A DNA stretch of 64,000 nt from a bacterium (GTDB lineage Bacteria > Desulfobacterota > DSWW01). Every line of letters starts with the position of its first letter. The first letter of the stretch is position 1. A program made the translations under genes and the position numbers. Below are positions 9,553-19,117 of the stretch, in pieces. The stretch lies in assembly GCA_040756235.1 (NCBI GenBank), contig JBFLZG010000002.1, positions 128,001 to 192,000 on the forward strand. Direction: 5' to 3'. The notes below the pieces were generated by a model, which was given only the letters and a program-made list of their open reading frames with translations, ran no database searches and was not told the origin of the DNA.

Positions 9553-10197
9553 TCAGGACGAACGAGCTTTCTTGGCCTTCCGTATCACCACCAGAGAGTT
9601 GCGCGCGCCCGGCACGGCCCCTTGGACCAGGAGCAGATTTTGCTTGTCGCGGACTTCGACGACCTTCAGGTTCTGCATGGTCACGCGCGACCCGCCGTAC
9701 CGTCCCGCCATCTTCATTCCCTTGATGGTGTGCTGAGGGAAGCGGCACCCGATGGACCCTCCATGCCGGAAATATTCATGGGTCCCATGGCTGGCCGGGT
9801 AGCCGCGGAAGTTGTGCCTCTTCATCACCCCGGTGAACCCTCTGCCTTTGGATGTGCCGATTACATCGATCGTGTCGCCTGCCTGGAACTGGTCCACCCG
9901 GACCTCCTGGCCGAGCGAAAGCTGCACGAGCTCAGCCTCCGTGATCCGGAACTCCCTCAACGTCTTGAGCGGACCTACCTGGGCCCGATTGAGATGGCCC
10001 CGTACCGGCTTGTTGACCTTTCTGTCCGGGACGGATCCAAACCCGAGCTGGATCGCGCTATAGTGATCGTTGGCCTGGGTCTTGATCTGGGTGACATAGC
10101 AGGGGCCTGCCTGAATCACCGTGATGGGAGTCGGATGACCTTGGCTATCAAAGACTTGCGTCATGCCCAGCTTCTTTCCGATGATGCCGAGAGACAT
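9553..10197 (-). CDS. rplC: 50S ribosomal protein L3 (stand-alone)
   Basis: GIIGKKLGMTQVF, PITVI, DVIGTSKGRGFTGVMKRHNF, GSIG, QNLKVV and GAVPG. Confidence 0.97.
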   Translation of the reverse strand: MSLGIIGKKLGMTQVFDSQGHPTPITVIQAGPCYVTQIKTQANDHYSAIQLGFGSVPDRKVNKPVRGHLNRAQVGPLKTLREFRITEAELVQLSLGQEVRVDQFQAGDTIDVIGTSKGRGFTGVMKRHNFRGYPASHGTHEYFRHGGSIGCRFPQHTIKGMKMAGRYGGSRVTMQNLKVVEVRDKQNLLLVQGAVPGARNSLVVIRKAKKARSS

Positions 10198-10291
10198 GCT
10201 TCTGCTCCTTCTGGGAAGGATCGTTGTGTTTTCGAGTGACGCGGCCGGGCTGGAACGCTCGCGACCCGGTTAGAATCATCCAAACATTTCA

Positions 10292-10319
10292 ATCTTAGAA
10301 ATCGAGCGGAAAAAGTCAA
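10292..10319 (-). promoter_or_regulatory. Sigma-70 promoter for rplC
   Basis: Minus strand TTGACT-16 nt-TAAGAT in an AT-rich patch. Confidence 0.6.
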
Positions 10320-10472
10320 ACGGCGGTGCGGACGATTCCTTGCCATGTGCTTCGGATGCTGCAGCCCCTGCCAGGATCGCGGCGCTGCCGCACCGGTCCG
10401 CCCGACGGAAACCACGGCGTTCGGTCTCTCTCCGTTATTGCAGGGGCGGGACGATGGACGAGGCAGTGACCC

Positions 10473-11081
10473 ATGGCTTATGAGCGCAAGGACGCTTACT
10501 GGAGGCGGGCCAAGAGAGAAGGATACCGGTCCCGCGCCGCCTATAAGCTTCTGGAAATTCAGGAACGGTTCCGGATCCTGCGCAAGGGAGACCGGGTCCT
10601 GGACCTGGGGTGCGCCCCCGGCGGGTGGCTGCAGGTCATCGCTCCCTTAGTCGGATCGGCGGGGAAGGTCGTAGGAGTCGACCGCTTGCCCGTCGCTCCG
10701 CTGCCGTTTGCTAACACGGTCGTGATTCGAGGAGACATCCAGGACCCTGCCGTCCGGTTGGCGGTGCGGGAAACATTGGGAGGCGCTGTCCACGTGGTGA
10801 CCTCGGACATGTCTCCGGATCTCAGCGGAGTCGGATTTCAGGATCATCACCGCAGCTGCGAGCTTCTGCGGATGGCCCTGCCGTTTTGCCGAGAATTGCT
10901 CCTGCCGCAGGGTTCGTTACTGGCCAAGATCTTCGAAGGGGAGGAGATGAACTCGCTGCAGCGGGAGTTGGCGACCTTCTTCCGGGAGGTCAGGAGAGTG
11001 ATTCCCAAGGCCTCGCGCAAAGCCTCTTCCGAGGTCTATCTTCTGGCGAAGGGCTATCGGACCGACAGAAGTTTTCGTTGA
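10473..11081 (+). CDS. rlmE: 23S rRNA Um2552 methyltransferase (RrmJ/FtsJ)
   Basis: GYRSRAAYKL, VLDLGCAPGGW, SDMSP, KIFEG and KASRKASSEVY. Confidence 0.95.
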   Translation: MAYERKDAYWRRAKREGYRSRAAYKLLEIQERFRILRKGDRVLDLGCAPGGWLQVIAPLVGSAGKVVGVDRLPVAPLPFANTVVIRGDIQDPAVRLAVRETLGGAVHVVTSDMSPDLSGVGFQDHHRSCELLRMALPFCRELLLPQGSLLAKIFEGEEMNSLQRELATFFREVRRVIPKASRKASSEVYLLAKGYRTDRSFR

Positions 11082-11274
11082 CGGCTGCGGAACGGCGATC
11101 GACGTCTGGACCGATCCGCTGGCGACGATTTCAGGCAAACCGCCCGCCTTTGTCTCTGCCGAGTACTGCCACCCGATGACAGCTGGCGCGGCTGGTCCCG
11201 GTCTCCGGTGCCCTTTGATTTCTGCAGGCTGCATGGTAAATTGAATGGTCCGGTGCTGCGTTGTGGGGGAAAAC

Positions 11275-12543
11275 ATGGGGATGACCATCACCGAGAAGAT
11301 CCTTGCCGCCCATGCCAGCGAGCGCAAAGTCCGCCCCGGCGACATGGTGCTGGCGCGGGTCGACCTTGCATTGGCAAATGACGTCACGGGTCCGTTGGCC
11401 ATCGAGCGGTTTTCGGAAATCGGCTCCGTTGATTTGTTCGATCGGGAAAGAGTGGTGTTCGTTGCCGATCACTTCACTCCGAACAAGGACATTGCGGCGG
11501 CCAGCCAGTGCCAGCGTCTCAGGCAGTTCGCGAAAGCGCACGGACTGACCCATTATTACGAGGGCGGCGAGGCTGGTGTGGAACATGCCCTCCTGCCCGA
11601 GAAAGGGCTCATTGTTCCGGGCGACCTGATCGTCGGGGCGGACAGCCACACGTGTACTTACGGTGCCTTCGGGTCGTTTGCGACCGGAGTGGGCAGCACC
11701 GATCTGGCGGCCGTGATGGCTGCAGGCGAGATCTGGCTGCGGGTGCCGGAAAGCATCCGGGTAGACCTGCGAGGGGAGTTGAAGGATTGGGTGGAGGCCA
11801 AAGACGTCATCCTGTTCCTGATAGGGCAGATCGGTGTGGACGGTGCCCGCTACTGTGCCCTCGAATTCTCGGGTCCAGCGGTAGCGCAGTTGGGGATGGC
11901 CGGCAGGATGACCATGGCCAATATGGCCGTGGAGGCAGGGGCCAAGAACGGGATCTTTGCCGCAGACGAGACGGCTGCAGCCTACCTGAGACCGAGGACC
12001 TGCAGGAACGGCATCTCTCATCAGAGTGATGCCGGCGCCGAGTACAAGGAGGTCCGGTCGGCCGACCTGACCGGGATTGCTCCGCAGGTCGCTGTTCCGT
12101 TTTCGCCGGACCGAGTCATGGCCGTGCGGGACGCGGGCCTGGTTGCCGTCGACCAAGTCGTGATCGGCTCCTGCACCAACGGGCGCATCGAAGATCTGCG
12201 TTCCGCCGCCCGGGTTCTCCGCGGGCGCCGTGCGGCGCGTTCCGTCAGGCTCCTGGTCCTTCCGGCCACTCAGGAGTGTTATCGTCTGGCCCTGGAGGAG
12301 GGATTGCTTGCGGTTTTCCTGGACGCCGGGGCGGTGGTCGGCCCTCCTACCTGCGGCCCCTGCCTGGGCGGACACCTGGGGATCCTGGCCCCGGGGGAAA
12401 CTGCCGTTGCGACCACGAACCGGAATTTCCCCGGCCGGATGGGAGATGTGACCAGCCGGGTCTACCTGACGAATCCGTCGGTAGCAGCGGCCAGCGCGGT
12501 CCTGGGCCGGTTGGGAACCCCGGACCAGCTGCTCGGAGCCTGA
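11275..12543 (+). CDS. leuC: 3-isopropylmalate dehydratase large subunit (type 2)
   Basis: MTITEKIL, DHFTP, GADSHTCTYGA, IGSCTNGR, CGPCLGGH and TTNRNFPGRMG. Confidence 0.93.
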   Translation: MGMTITEKILAAHASERKVRPGDMVLARVDLALANDVTGPLAIERFSEIGSVDLFDRERVVFVADHFTPNKDIAAASQCQRLRQFAKAHGLTHYYEGGEAGVEHALLPEKGLIVPGDLIVGADSHTCTYGAFGSFATGVGSTDLAAVMAAGEIWLRVPESIRVDLRGELKDWVEAKDVILFLIGQIGVDGARYCALEFSGPAVAQLGMAGRMTMANMAVEAGAKNGIFAADETAAAYLRPRTCRNGISHQSDAGAEYKEVRSADLTGIAPQVAVPFSPDRVMAVRDAGLVAVDQVVIGSCTNGRIEDLRSAARVLRGRRAARSVRLLVLPATQECYRLALEEGLLAVFLDAGAVVGPPTCGPCLGGHLGILAPGETAVATTNRNFPGRMGDVTSRVYLTNPSVAAASAVLGRLGTPDQLLGA

Positions 12544-12580
12544 CGGGTCCTCGGCGCCCGTTGAAGGCAGCCTCCGAGAC

Positions 12581-12609
12581 AGGCCGGCGAAAAAGGTCGG
12601 GATGTAAGG
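12581..12609 (+). repeat. MITE-like left-end fragment in leuC-leuD spacer
   Basis: GGCCGGCGAAAAAGGTCGGGATGTAAGG resembles GGCCGTTCAAGAATGCCCGGATGCAGG at 26670. Confidence 0.35.
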
Positions 12610-12689
12610 AGAGGCAGGGCGGAGCACCGTGAACGGTTGAGTCCGCCCGCAATGCGCGGCGGAAACACGGCGCTTTCAGGAGCACTTGG

Positions 12690-13208
12690 ATGCAGCTCAT
12701 AGGAAGAGCTTGGAAGTTCGGGTCCAACGTGGACACCGACGTGATCGTTCCGGCCCGGTATCTGACCACGTTCGACCCTGGAGAATTGGCGCGACATTGC
12801 ATGGAAGGTATCGACCCGACGTTCTCCGGCAAATGCGCCCGCGGCGACCTCGTGGTGGCCGAGTGGAACTTCGGGTGCGGGTCCTCGAGGGAGCATGCGC
12901 CGATTGCACTGGCAGGTCTGGGAGTGTCTTGCGTGATCGCCAAGAGCTTTGCCCGGATCTTCTACCGCAACGCCTTCAACCTTGGACTTCCGGTGGTGGA
13001 AGCTCCGGAGGACATGATCGACGGGATTCAGACGGGCGATCAGCTCGAAGTGGATCTGTCCAATGGCATTCTGACGGACCGTGCCAGCGGGCGGAGCGCT
13101 TCCCTTCCGCCGATCCCGCCCTTCATGCAAGACCTTCTGGCCGCCGGAGGCTTGATCCCTTACCTGAGGAACCGTCTTTCAGGATCCCGCAACTCGCTAC
13201 CTTCGTAA
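12690..13208 (+). CDS. leuD: 3-isopropylmalate dehydratase small subunit
   Basis: NVDTDVIVPARYL, NFGCGSSREHAP and SFARIFYRNA. Confidence 0.95.
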   Translation: MQLIGRAWKFGSNVDTDVIVPARYLTTFDPGELARHCMEGIDPTFSGKCARGDLVVAEWNFGCGSSREHAPIALAGLGVSCVIAKSFARIFYRNAFNLGLPVVEAPEDMIDGIQTGDQLEVDLSNGILTDRASGRSASLPPIPPFMQDLLAAGGLIPYLRNRLSGSRNSLPS

Positions 13209-13237
13209 CATTCGGGTTCACTGCGCCTGGGCCAGCC

Positions 13238-14347
13238 ATGGGTTTGAGCAGGAGAGAGTACAGGGTGACGATTCTCCCGGGCGACGGGGTCGGACCGGAA
13301 GTGATCGCCGTCGGCGAGCGCGTCCTGGGCGAGGTCGCGAAGCGGTTTTCTCTGGCGGCGGCTTTGAGCCGAGGCGAGATCGGGCAATGCGCGGTGGAGC
13401 GCCACGGGGTGCCGCTGACGCCGGAGACCCTGACGGAAGCGCAGCACAGCGATGCGGTCCTCCTCGGAGCCGTCGGCGGACCGGAGCCGGACAAGAGCAG
13501 ATACGCCGCAAGGCCGGAGGCCGGCCTGCTCGCGCTGCGCAAGGGTTTGGACCTGTACGCCAATCTGAGGCCGGTCAGGATCCTGCCCCCCCTGGTGGAT
13601 GCGTCTCCCCTGAAGCCCGCATGGGTAGCGGGAGCGGATCTCCTGGTCGTTCGCGAACTGCTGGGTGGGGTGTACTTCGGAGAGCCAAGGGGCAGAAAAA
13701 GCTGCGGGCAGGGTGATGAAATTGCGTTCAACACGATGAGCTACACGGCCTCTCAGATTGAACGGGTGGTGCGGCTGGCATTCGGGCTCGCCCGGCAGAG
13801 AACGCGTCGGCTCGTTTCGGTGGACAAGGCGAACGTCCTGGAGGTGAGCCTGCTCTGGAGAGACGTGGTGAATCGGGTGCGCCAGGAATTCCAGGATGTT
13901 GAGCTGTCCCATCAGTACGTGGACAATTGTGCCATGCAGTTGATCCAGCAACCGAGGCGGTTCGACGTGATCGTAACAGGGAATCTCTTCGGGGACATCC
14001 TCTCGGACGAAGCAGCAGTGCTTGCCGGATCCATCGGCATGCTTCCGTCGGCGAGTCTCGGCTCCAGGGGTTCTCTGTACGAACCCGTGCATGGAAGCGC
14101 CCCGGACATCGCTGGCAAGGATATCGCAAATCCCCTGGCTACGGTTTTGAGCGTGGCGATGATGTTCCGCTACGCCTTCAACGTGCAGGAGGCCTCAGAG
14201 CTCATCGAAAGGGCGGTTCTGCGTACCTTGGAAGCCGGTTACCGCACCGCCGACATCTATACGGAGGGGATGGTGAGGGTCGGCACACGAGAAATGGGAG
14301 ACCGGGTGCTGGATGAGATCGCCCGGTCGGGTGCCGGGCCTGCATGA
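13238..14347 (+). CDS. leuB: 3-isopropylmalate dehydrogenase
   Basis: LPGDGVGPEV, LLGAVGGP, YANLRP, VDKANVL, NLFGDILSDEA and EPVHGSAPDIAG. Confidence 0.96.
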   Translation: MGLSRREYRVTILPGDGVGPEVIAVGERVLGEVAKRFSLAAALSRGEIGQCAVERHGVPLTPETLTEAQHSDAVLLGAVGGPEPDKSRYAARPEAGLLALRKGLDLYANLRPVRILPPLVDASPLKPAWVAGADLLVVRELLGGVYFGEPRGRKSCGQGDEIAFNTMSYTASQIERVVRLAFGLARQRTRRLVSVDKANVLEVSLLWRDVVNRVRQEFQDVELSHQYVDNCAMQLIQQPRRFDVIVTGNLFGDILSDEAAVLAGSIGMLPSASLGSRGSLYEPVHGSAPDIAGKDIANPLATVLSVAMMFRYAFNVQEASELIERAVLRTLEAGYRTADIYTEGMVRVGTREMGDRVLDEIARSGAGPA

Positions 14348-15156
14348 GGAAGTTGCGCCTGGAGCTGGAGTACGAAGGAACCCGATATCACGGCTGGCAG
14401 CTGCAGCCTGCCGCGCCCACCATCCAGCAGGTCCTGGAAGAGACGCTGCAGAAGATCCTGGGGGAGAGCTGCCGTGTCTTGGGGGCAGGCAGGACCGACG
14501 CGGGCGTGCATGCGCTCGGACAGGTTGCGCATTTCGCCACAACCCGGAGTCTGGATGCGAAGTCCCTGCAAAAGGCCCTGAACAGCCTGCTGCCGGCCGA
14601 CATATCGATCAAAGACGCGCAGGACGTTCCGGAGTCGTTCCATGCCAGGAGGAGCGCCCTCAACAAGAGATATGAATACTGGATCTGGGACGATTCGAGG
14701 TCTTCGGTGCTGCATCACCGGTTCTGCTGGCACGTTCGGGTTCCATTGGACAGGGAAGGAATGCGTAGGGCGGCGCGGCACCTGACCGGGGAGCATGATT
14801 TTTCATCCTTCCAGGGGGCCGGCTGTGAGAGCGAGGGGAGCCCTGTAAGGCATGTGCGTCTCGTGGAGGTCGAGTGCGCGAAGGCCCCTCTGATCCGGAT
14901 CTCCGTGGAGGGCAGTTCTTTTCTGCGCCACATGGTAAGGGTCATGACCGGGACCCTGGCGGAGGTCGGGCTTGGGAGAATGGATGAAAAGGACATCCCC
15001 GGGATCCTTGCGGCCAGGGATCGGAGGCTTGCGGGAAGGACGGCGCCGGCCAAGGGGTTGTTCTTGATGTGGGTGGACTACGGCGAAGCGCTGGAGGGTG
15101 GCCGGGGAACCGGGGCGCAGGGTCGAGTCAGCCCGCCATGGCTGCCGACCCTGTGA
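14344..15156 (+). CDS. truA: tRNA pseudouridine(38-40) synthase
   Basis: YEGTRYHGWQ, AGRTDAGVHALGQV, GEHDFSSF, FLRHMVR and TAPAKGL. Confidence 0.96.
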   Translation: MRKLRLELEYEGTRYHGWQLQPAAPTIQQVLEETLQKILGESCRVLGAGRTDAGVHALGQVAHFATTRSLDAKSLQKALNSLLPADISIKDAQDVPESFHARRSALNKRYEYWIWDDSRSSVLHHRFCWHVRVPLDREGMRRAARHLTGEHDFSSFQGAGCESEGSPVRHVRLVEVECAKAPLIRISVEGSSFLRHMVRVMTGTLAEVGLGRMDEKDIPGILAARDRRLAGRTAPAKGLFLMWVDYGEALEGGRGTGAQGRVSPPWLPTL

Positions 15157-15202
15157 GGCGCTGCGGGAGGGCGGCGCGGTGCACGGGTCGAGAACGGGGT
15201 GT

Positions 15203-15231
15203 TTGACTTGCTCGCCTTGAGCAAGTAAAGT
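15203..15231 (+). promoter_or_regulatory. Sigma-70 promoter for rplM-rpsI with internal palindrome
   Basis: TTGACT-17 nt-TAAAGT; ACTTGCTC-GCCTT-GAGCAAGT spans the spacer. Confidence 0.65.
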
Positions 15232-15296
15232 AACTTGTTTCATTTGTACGACCGCCTAATCGGAAAGCAAACATCGGGAAGCTCTGGAAGGCTCTC

Positions 15297-15761
15297 ATGA
15301 AGACCTATTTCGCGCGCAAGGAAGACGAGCTGGACAAGAAGTGGTATGTCGTGGACGCCGAAGGCAAGATCTTGGGCAGGTTGGCTTCCGAAGTGGCCAA
15401 GGTGCTGAGGGGGAAGAACAAACCCATCTTTACCCCGCACGTGGATACGGGCGATTTCGTCGTCGTGGTGAACGCGGAGAAGGTCAAGCTCACGGGGAAG
15501 AAGACGACCGAGAAGGTCTTCTATCATTACTCCGGGTATTTGGGGGGGCTCCGATCCACTTCTGTGGAGCAACTGTTGGCCAGGAGGCCGGAAGAGCTGA
15601 TTCGGCGTGCTGTCAAAGGGATGCTCCCGAAGAACCGCCTGGGCAGGCAGCTCATCAACAAGCTGAAGGTCTACAAAGGGCCGGAGCATCCCCATCAGGC
15701 ACAGAGGCCGGCTCCTCTGAACCTGGGGTCTCGAACGGCTTCGGTTGCCCGATTCAGCTAG
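15297..15761 (+). CDS. rplM: 50S ribosomal protein L13
   Basis: [27 protein letters not shown] and HPHQAQ. Confidence 0.98.
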   Translation: MKTYFARKEDELDKKWYVVDAEGKILGRLASEVAKVLRGKNKPIFTPHVDTGDFVVVVNAEKVKLTGKKTTEKVFYHYSGYLGGLRSTSVEQLLARRPEELIRRAVKGMLPKNRLGRQLINKLKVYKGPEHPHQAQRPAPLNLGSRTASVARFS

Positions 15762-15795
15762 TCGGGCGAGAGAATCCGAGCAAAGAGGGAAGAGC

Positions 15796-16206
15796 ATGGA
15801 AGAACGATCGCTGGAAGTGAATTTTCCGGTTCATGCAGTCGGCAAGAGGAAGAGCTCGATTGCCAGGGTGTGGATGGAACCGGGCAGCGGCAACATTCTG
15901 GTCAACCGGCAGCGATTGGAAGATTACTTCGGCCGCGAGACGTTGAGAATGGTGGTCAGGCAGCCTCTGGAGCTCGCGGGCGCCATCGACCGGTATGACT
16001 TCCGTGTGAGTGTGCAGGGCGGGGGGATTTCCGGCCAGGCGGGGGCGATCAAGCACGGGGTATCGAAGGCCCTGCTGCTGTCGGACCCCGGGCTGCGACC
16101 CACCCTGAAGAAGGCAGGATTCCTCACGAGAGATTCGAGAATCAAGGAAAGAAAGAAATACGGTCTTAGGGGAGCCCGAGCGCGTTTTCAGTATTCCAAG
16201 AGATGA
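15796..16206 (+). CDS. rpsI: 30S ribosomal protein S9
   Basis: [21 protein letters not shown] and [14 protein letters not shown]...QYSKR. Confidence 0.98.
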   Translation: MEERSLEVNFPVHAVGKRKSSIARVWMEPGSGNILVNRQRLEDYFGRETLRMVVRQPLELAGAIDRYDFRVSVQGGGISGQAGAIKHGVSKALLLSDPGLRPTLKKAGFLTRDSRIKERKKYGLRGARARFQYSKR

Positions 16207-16237
16207 GGATCTCTATCGGGATTTCTTGTGAGGTGAG

Positions 16238-16267
16238 GAAAGGCCTGCAGAAGGCCTTTCGCTTTTT
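16238..16267 (+). terminator. Intrinsic terminator after rpsI
   Basis: GAAAGGCCT-GCAGA-AGGCCTTTC followed by GCTTTTT. Confidence 0.65.
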
Positions 16268-16350
16268 CGGCTGCTGCCCGCGTCCGCCCGGCAGCGGCGA
16301 ATCGGCCCGAGAAAATGGAACATCGGGCTGGCCCTTTCCCGGAGGTCTCC

Positions 16351-17103
16351 GTGGACACCTTCGCCATCATCCCGGCTCGTTTCGGATCGGCTCGCCTGCC
16401 GGGCAAGCCTCTGCTGGACCTTTGCGGAAAGCCTATCATTCAGCATGTTTATGAGAGAGTCCGGGAAGCCGGCGTGTTTGCCGCGGTTCTGGTCGCCACG
16501 GATTCGGAGCGGATCTTCCGATGTGTCGAGAGCTTCGGCGGTGATGCTGTGATGACGTCCCCCGATCACCGGAGCGGCACGGAGAGGATTGCAGAGGTGG
16601 CATCGGCTCTGGAAGCCCGGTGGATCGTCAATGTTCAGGGGGATGAGCCGTTCGTGCATCCGGAGATGCTCCGGGACCTGTGCTCGGCTTTCCGCGAAGA
16701 GGATCTCGCTCCCATGGCGACTCTCAGGTATCCGATCCAGGATGAGAGCGACCTGTGGAATCCCCACGTGGTCAAGGTGGTGGTGGACGAATCCGGTTAC
16801 GCTCTCTATTTCTCCAGGGCCGCGATCCCGTATCGACGGACCGACCCCGGTGCCGCGGAAATTGACGGCTCAGGGAGCGTGTGGTACAAGCATGTGGGAA
16901 TTTACGCCTATAGACGGGATTTTCTGCTGCGCTACCCCTCTTTGTCCGTCACTCCTCTCGAGGAAGCGGAAAAACTGGAGCAGTTGCGCGCTCTGGGACA
17001 CGGCCATCGAATTCGCGTTTACACGACCAAATGGGAGACTCTCGGGATCGATACGGAAGAGGATCTCCTGCGGGCCATCGATCGATGCAGGAGAGGGAGT
17101 TGA
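16351..17103 (+). CDS. kdsB: 3-deoxy-manno-octulosonate cytidylyltransferase
   Basis: IIPARFGSARLPGKPL, SGTERI, NVQGDEP, ALYFSR, HVGIYAY and LEQLRAL; GTG after GGAGG. Confidence 0.95.
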   Translation: MDTFAIIPARFGSARLPGKPLLDLCGKPIIQHVYERVREAGVFAAVLVATDSERIFRCVESFGGDAVMTSPDHRSGTERIAEVASALEARWIVNVQGDEPFVHPEMLRDLCSAFREEDLAPMATLRYPIQDESDLWNPHVVKVVVDESGYALYFSRAAIPYRRTDPGAAEIDGSGSVWYKHVGIYAYRRDFLLRYPSLSVTPLEEAEKLEQLRALGHGHRIRVYTTKWETLGIDTEEDLLRAIDRCRRGS

Positions 17104-17300
17104 GACATTCTGAGCCGGGCGGCTGCCGCAATCCGGGCGGCTGCCCCCGCCGCCGGTACGAGCGTGCTTGCGAAATCGATCCTCCGCAGTAGTCTAAAGG
17201 TACCCTTCACCTTCTCTCTCGTACAGTTCCCGCTTGCCTTCCGCAGAGGACTTTCCGCGTTCGGCGTTTTCATCCCGGCTCCCGCAAGAAAGGGCCACAC

Positions 17301-18161
17301 GTGAACACGGTCCGGATCGGCGACTGGGCGCTCGGCAAAGACGAGAGCTTTCTCCTCATTGCCGGCCCCTGCGTGATCGAGAGCGAATCGCATGCCATGA
17401 GAATGGCCGAGCACCTGAAGAAATCCGCCGAATGCTTTCGCCTGCCCTTCCTGTTCAAGGCTTCCTATGACAAGGCCAACCGTACGTCTTTCCGCTCTTT
17501 CCGCGGGCCCGGAGTGACTGAGGGCTTGCGCATCCTGGAGAAAATCCGCCGCGAGACAGGCGTCAAGGTCCTGAGCGACGTTCATCAGATCTCGGAGGTG
17601 AAGGAGGCCGCTGCCGTCCTGGACGTGATGCAGACCCCGGCCTTCCTTTGCAGACAGACCGATTTCCTGACGGCTGTTGCGAGCGCGGGAAAGCCTGTGA
17701 ACATCAAGAAGGGCCAATTCCTTGCGCCCTGGGACATGCAGCATGTGGTCGAGAAGGTCTTGGCCACCGGAAACCGGGACATTCTGCTGACGGAGAGGGG
17801 CTTCTGTTTCGGTTACAACCAGCTCGTGAGCGATTTTCGTTCCCTGCCGATCCTCAGAGAGATCGGCTTTCCGGTCATATTCGATGCCACCCACAGTGTT
17901 CAGCTGCCGGGCGGCCAGGGTGCTGCTTCGGGAGGCCAGCGCGAGTTCATTCTGCCGTTGGCCCGGGCTGCTGCGGCGGTCGGCGTAGACGGGCTCTTCC
18001 TCGAGGTGCACGATGATCCGGACAGGGCCCTGAGCGACGGTCCGAATTCCCTGCCCGTGGGTCGAGTCCAAGATGTATTGGATCAGATTCTCACCATTCA
18101 CCGTAAGGTCCGAGAATGGCAGCGAGACGATCAGCGGCCCCGAGAGAGCAGGAAATCCTGA
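17301..18161 (+). CDS. kdsA: KDO8P synthase
   Basis: AGPCVIE, KASYDKANRTS, NIKKGQF, TERG, DATHSVQ and ALSDG. Confidence 0.96.
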   Translation: MNTVRIGDWALGKDESFLLIAGPCVIESESHAMRMAEHLKKSAECFRLPFLFKASYDKANRTSFRSFRGPGVTEGLRILEKIRRETGVKVLSDVHQISEVKEAAAVLDVMQTPAFLCRQTDFLTAVASAGKPVNIKKGQFLAPWDMQHVVEKVLATGNRDILLTERGFCFGYNQLVSDFRSLPILREIGFPVIFDATHSVQLPGGQGAASGGQREFILPLARAAAAVGVDGLFLEVHDDPDRALSDGPNSLPVGRVQDVLDQILTIHRKVREWQRDDQRPRESRKS

Positions 18162-19117
18162 ACAGGGGCAGAAGGGTCCTGGAGCTCGAGGCGGCGGCGA
18201 TCGAAGGACTTGCAGGCAAGCTGGGCGACGATTTCTGCAAGGCCGTCGCCCTGCTCCACCGCTGCCGGGGAAAGGTCGTCGTCACCGGCATGGGCAAATC
18301 GGGTCTGATCTGCCAGAAGATCGCAGCCACCTTGGCGAGCACCGGCACTCCGGCCCTTTTCCTCCACGCCGTGGAGGGATTGCACGGCGATCTCGGAGTT
18401 CTGACTCGTCAGGATGTCGTGGTGGTGGTCTCCAACAGCGGCGAAACGGAAGAAGTGAATCGGCTTCTCCCTCCGATCAAGAGGCTGGGAGTGCCGTTGA
18501 TCGCGCTCACCAGCAGTCCCGGTTCGACGCTGGCAAAGCATGCCGATATCGTGATCGACACGGGGGTGAGAGAGGAAGCCTGTCCCATGAACCTGGTGCC
18601 GACCGCCAGCACGACCGCCGCTCTGGCCCTGGGGGATGCCCTCGCGATCGCGCTGATCGGCGAAAGGGGGTTTCAAAAGGAGGATTTCGCTCTGCTCCAT
18701 CCGGGCGGGGCGCTGGGAAGGAAATTGCTTTACAGAGTGGATGACTTGATGCACTCCGGCGAGGACGTTCCCATTGTCGGGGAGCACACTCCCCTGAAGG
18801 ATGCGGTTTTCGAGATCAGCAGCAAACGGCTCGGTATGACCGGGGTCCGGGACGAGAGGGGGCACCTGGTCGGCGTGATCACCGACGGGGACCTGCGCAG
18901 GGGGCTCGAGAAGAAGCCGGACCTCCTCCAGCGGCGCGCGGGCGAGCTGATGACGCTCCATCCGAAGCGCATCCGACAAGGAGAGTTGGCCGCCAAGGCG
19001 CTGCAGGTGATGGAGCAGTTTTCCATCACCTCTCTGTTCGTGGTGTCGCCCGAAGACGAGCAGATGGTCGTGGGCATCATCCATATCCACGATCTCCTGA
19101 AAGCCGGCATCGCATGA
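18116..19117 (+). CDS. kdsD: Arabinose-5-phosphate isomerase (KpsF/GutQ, SIS+CBS)
   Basis: GMGKSG, HGDLG, SNSGET, EEACP...PTASTT, HPGGALG and CBS pair. Confidence 0.95.
   Translation: MAARRSAAPREQEILNRGRRVLELEAAAIEGLAGKLGDDFCKAVALLHRCRGKVVVTGMGKSGLICQKIAATLASTGTPALFLHAVEGLHGDLGVLTRQDVVVVVSNSGETEEVNRLLPPIKRLGVPLIALTSSPGSTLAKHADIVIDTGVREEACPMNLVPTASTTAALALGDALAIALIGERGFQKEDFALLHPGGALGRKLLYRVDDLMHSGEDVPIVGEHTPLKDAVFEISSKRLGMTGVRDERGHLVGVITDGDLRRGLEKKPDLLQRRAGELMTLHPKRIRQGELAAKALQVMEQFSITSLFVVSPEDEQMVVGIIHIHDLLKAGIA

Noticed and set aside
12686..13237. Apparent 553-aa LeuB with a long N-terminus
   Set aside because: The extension is an alternative frame over leuD; LeuB starts near 13238
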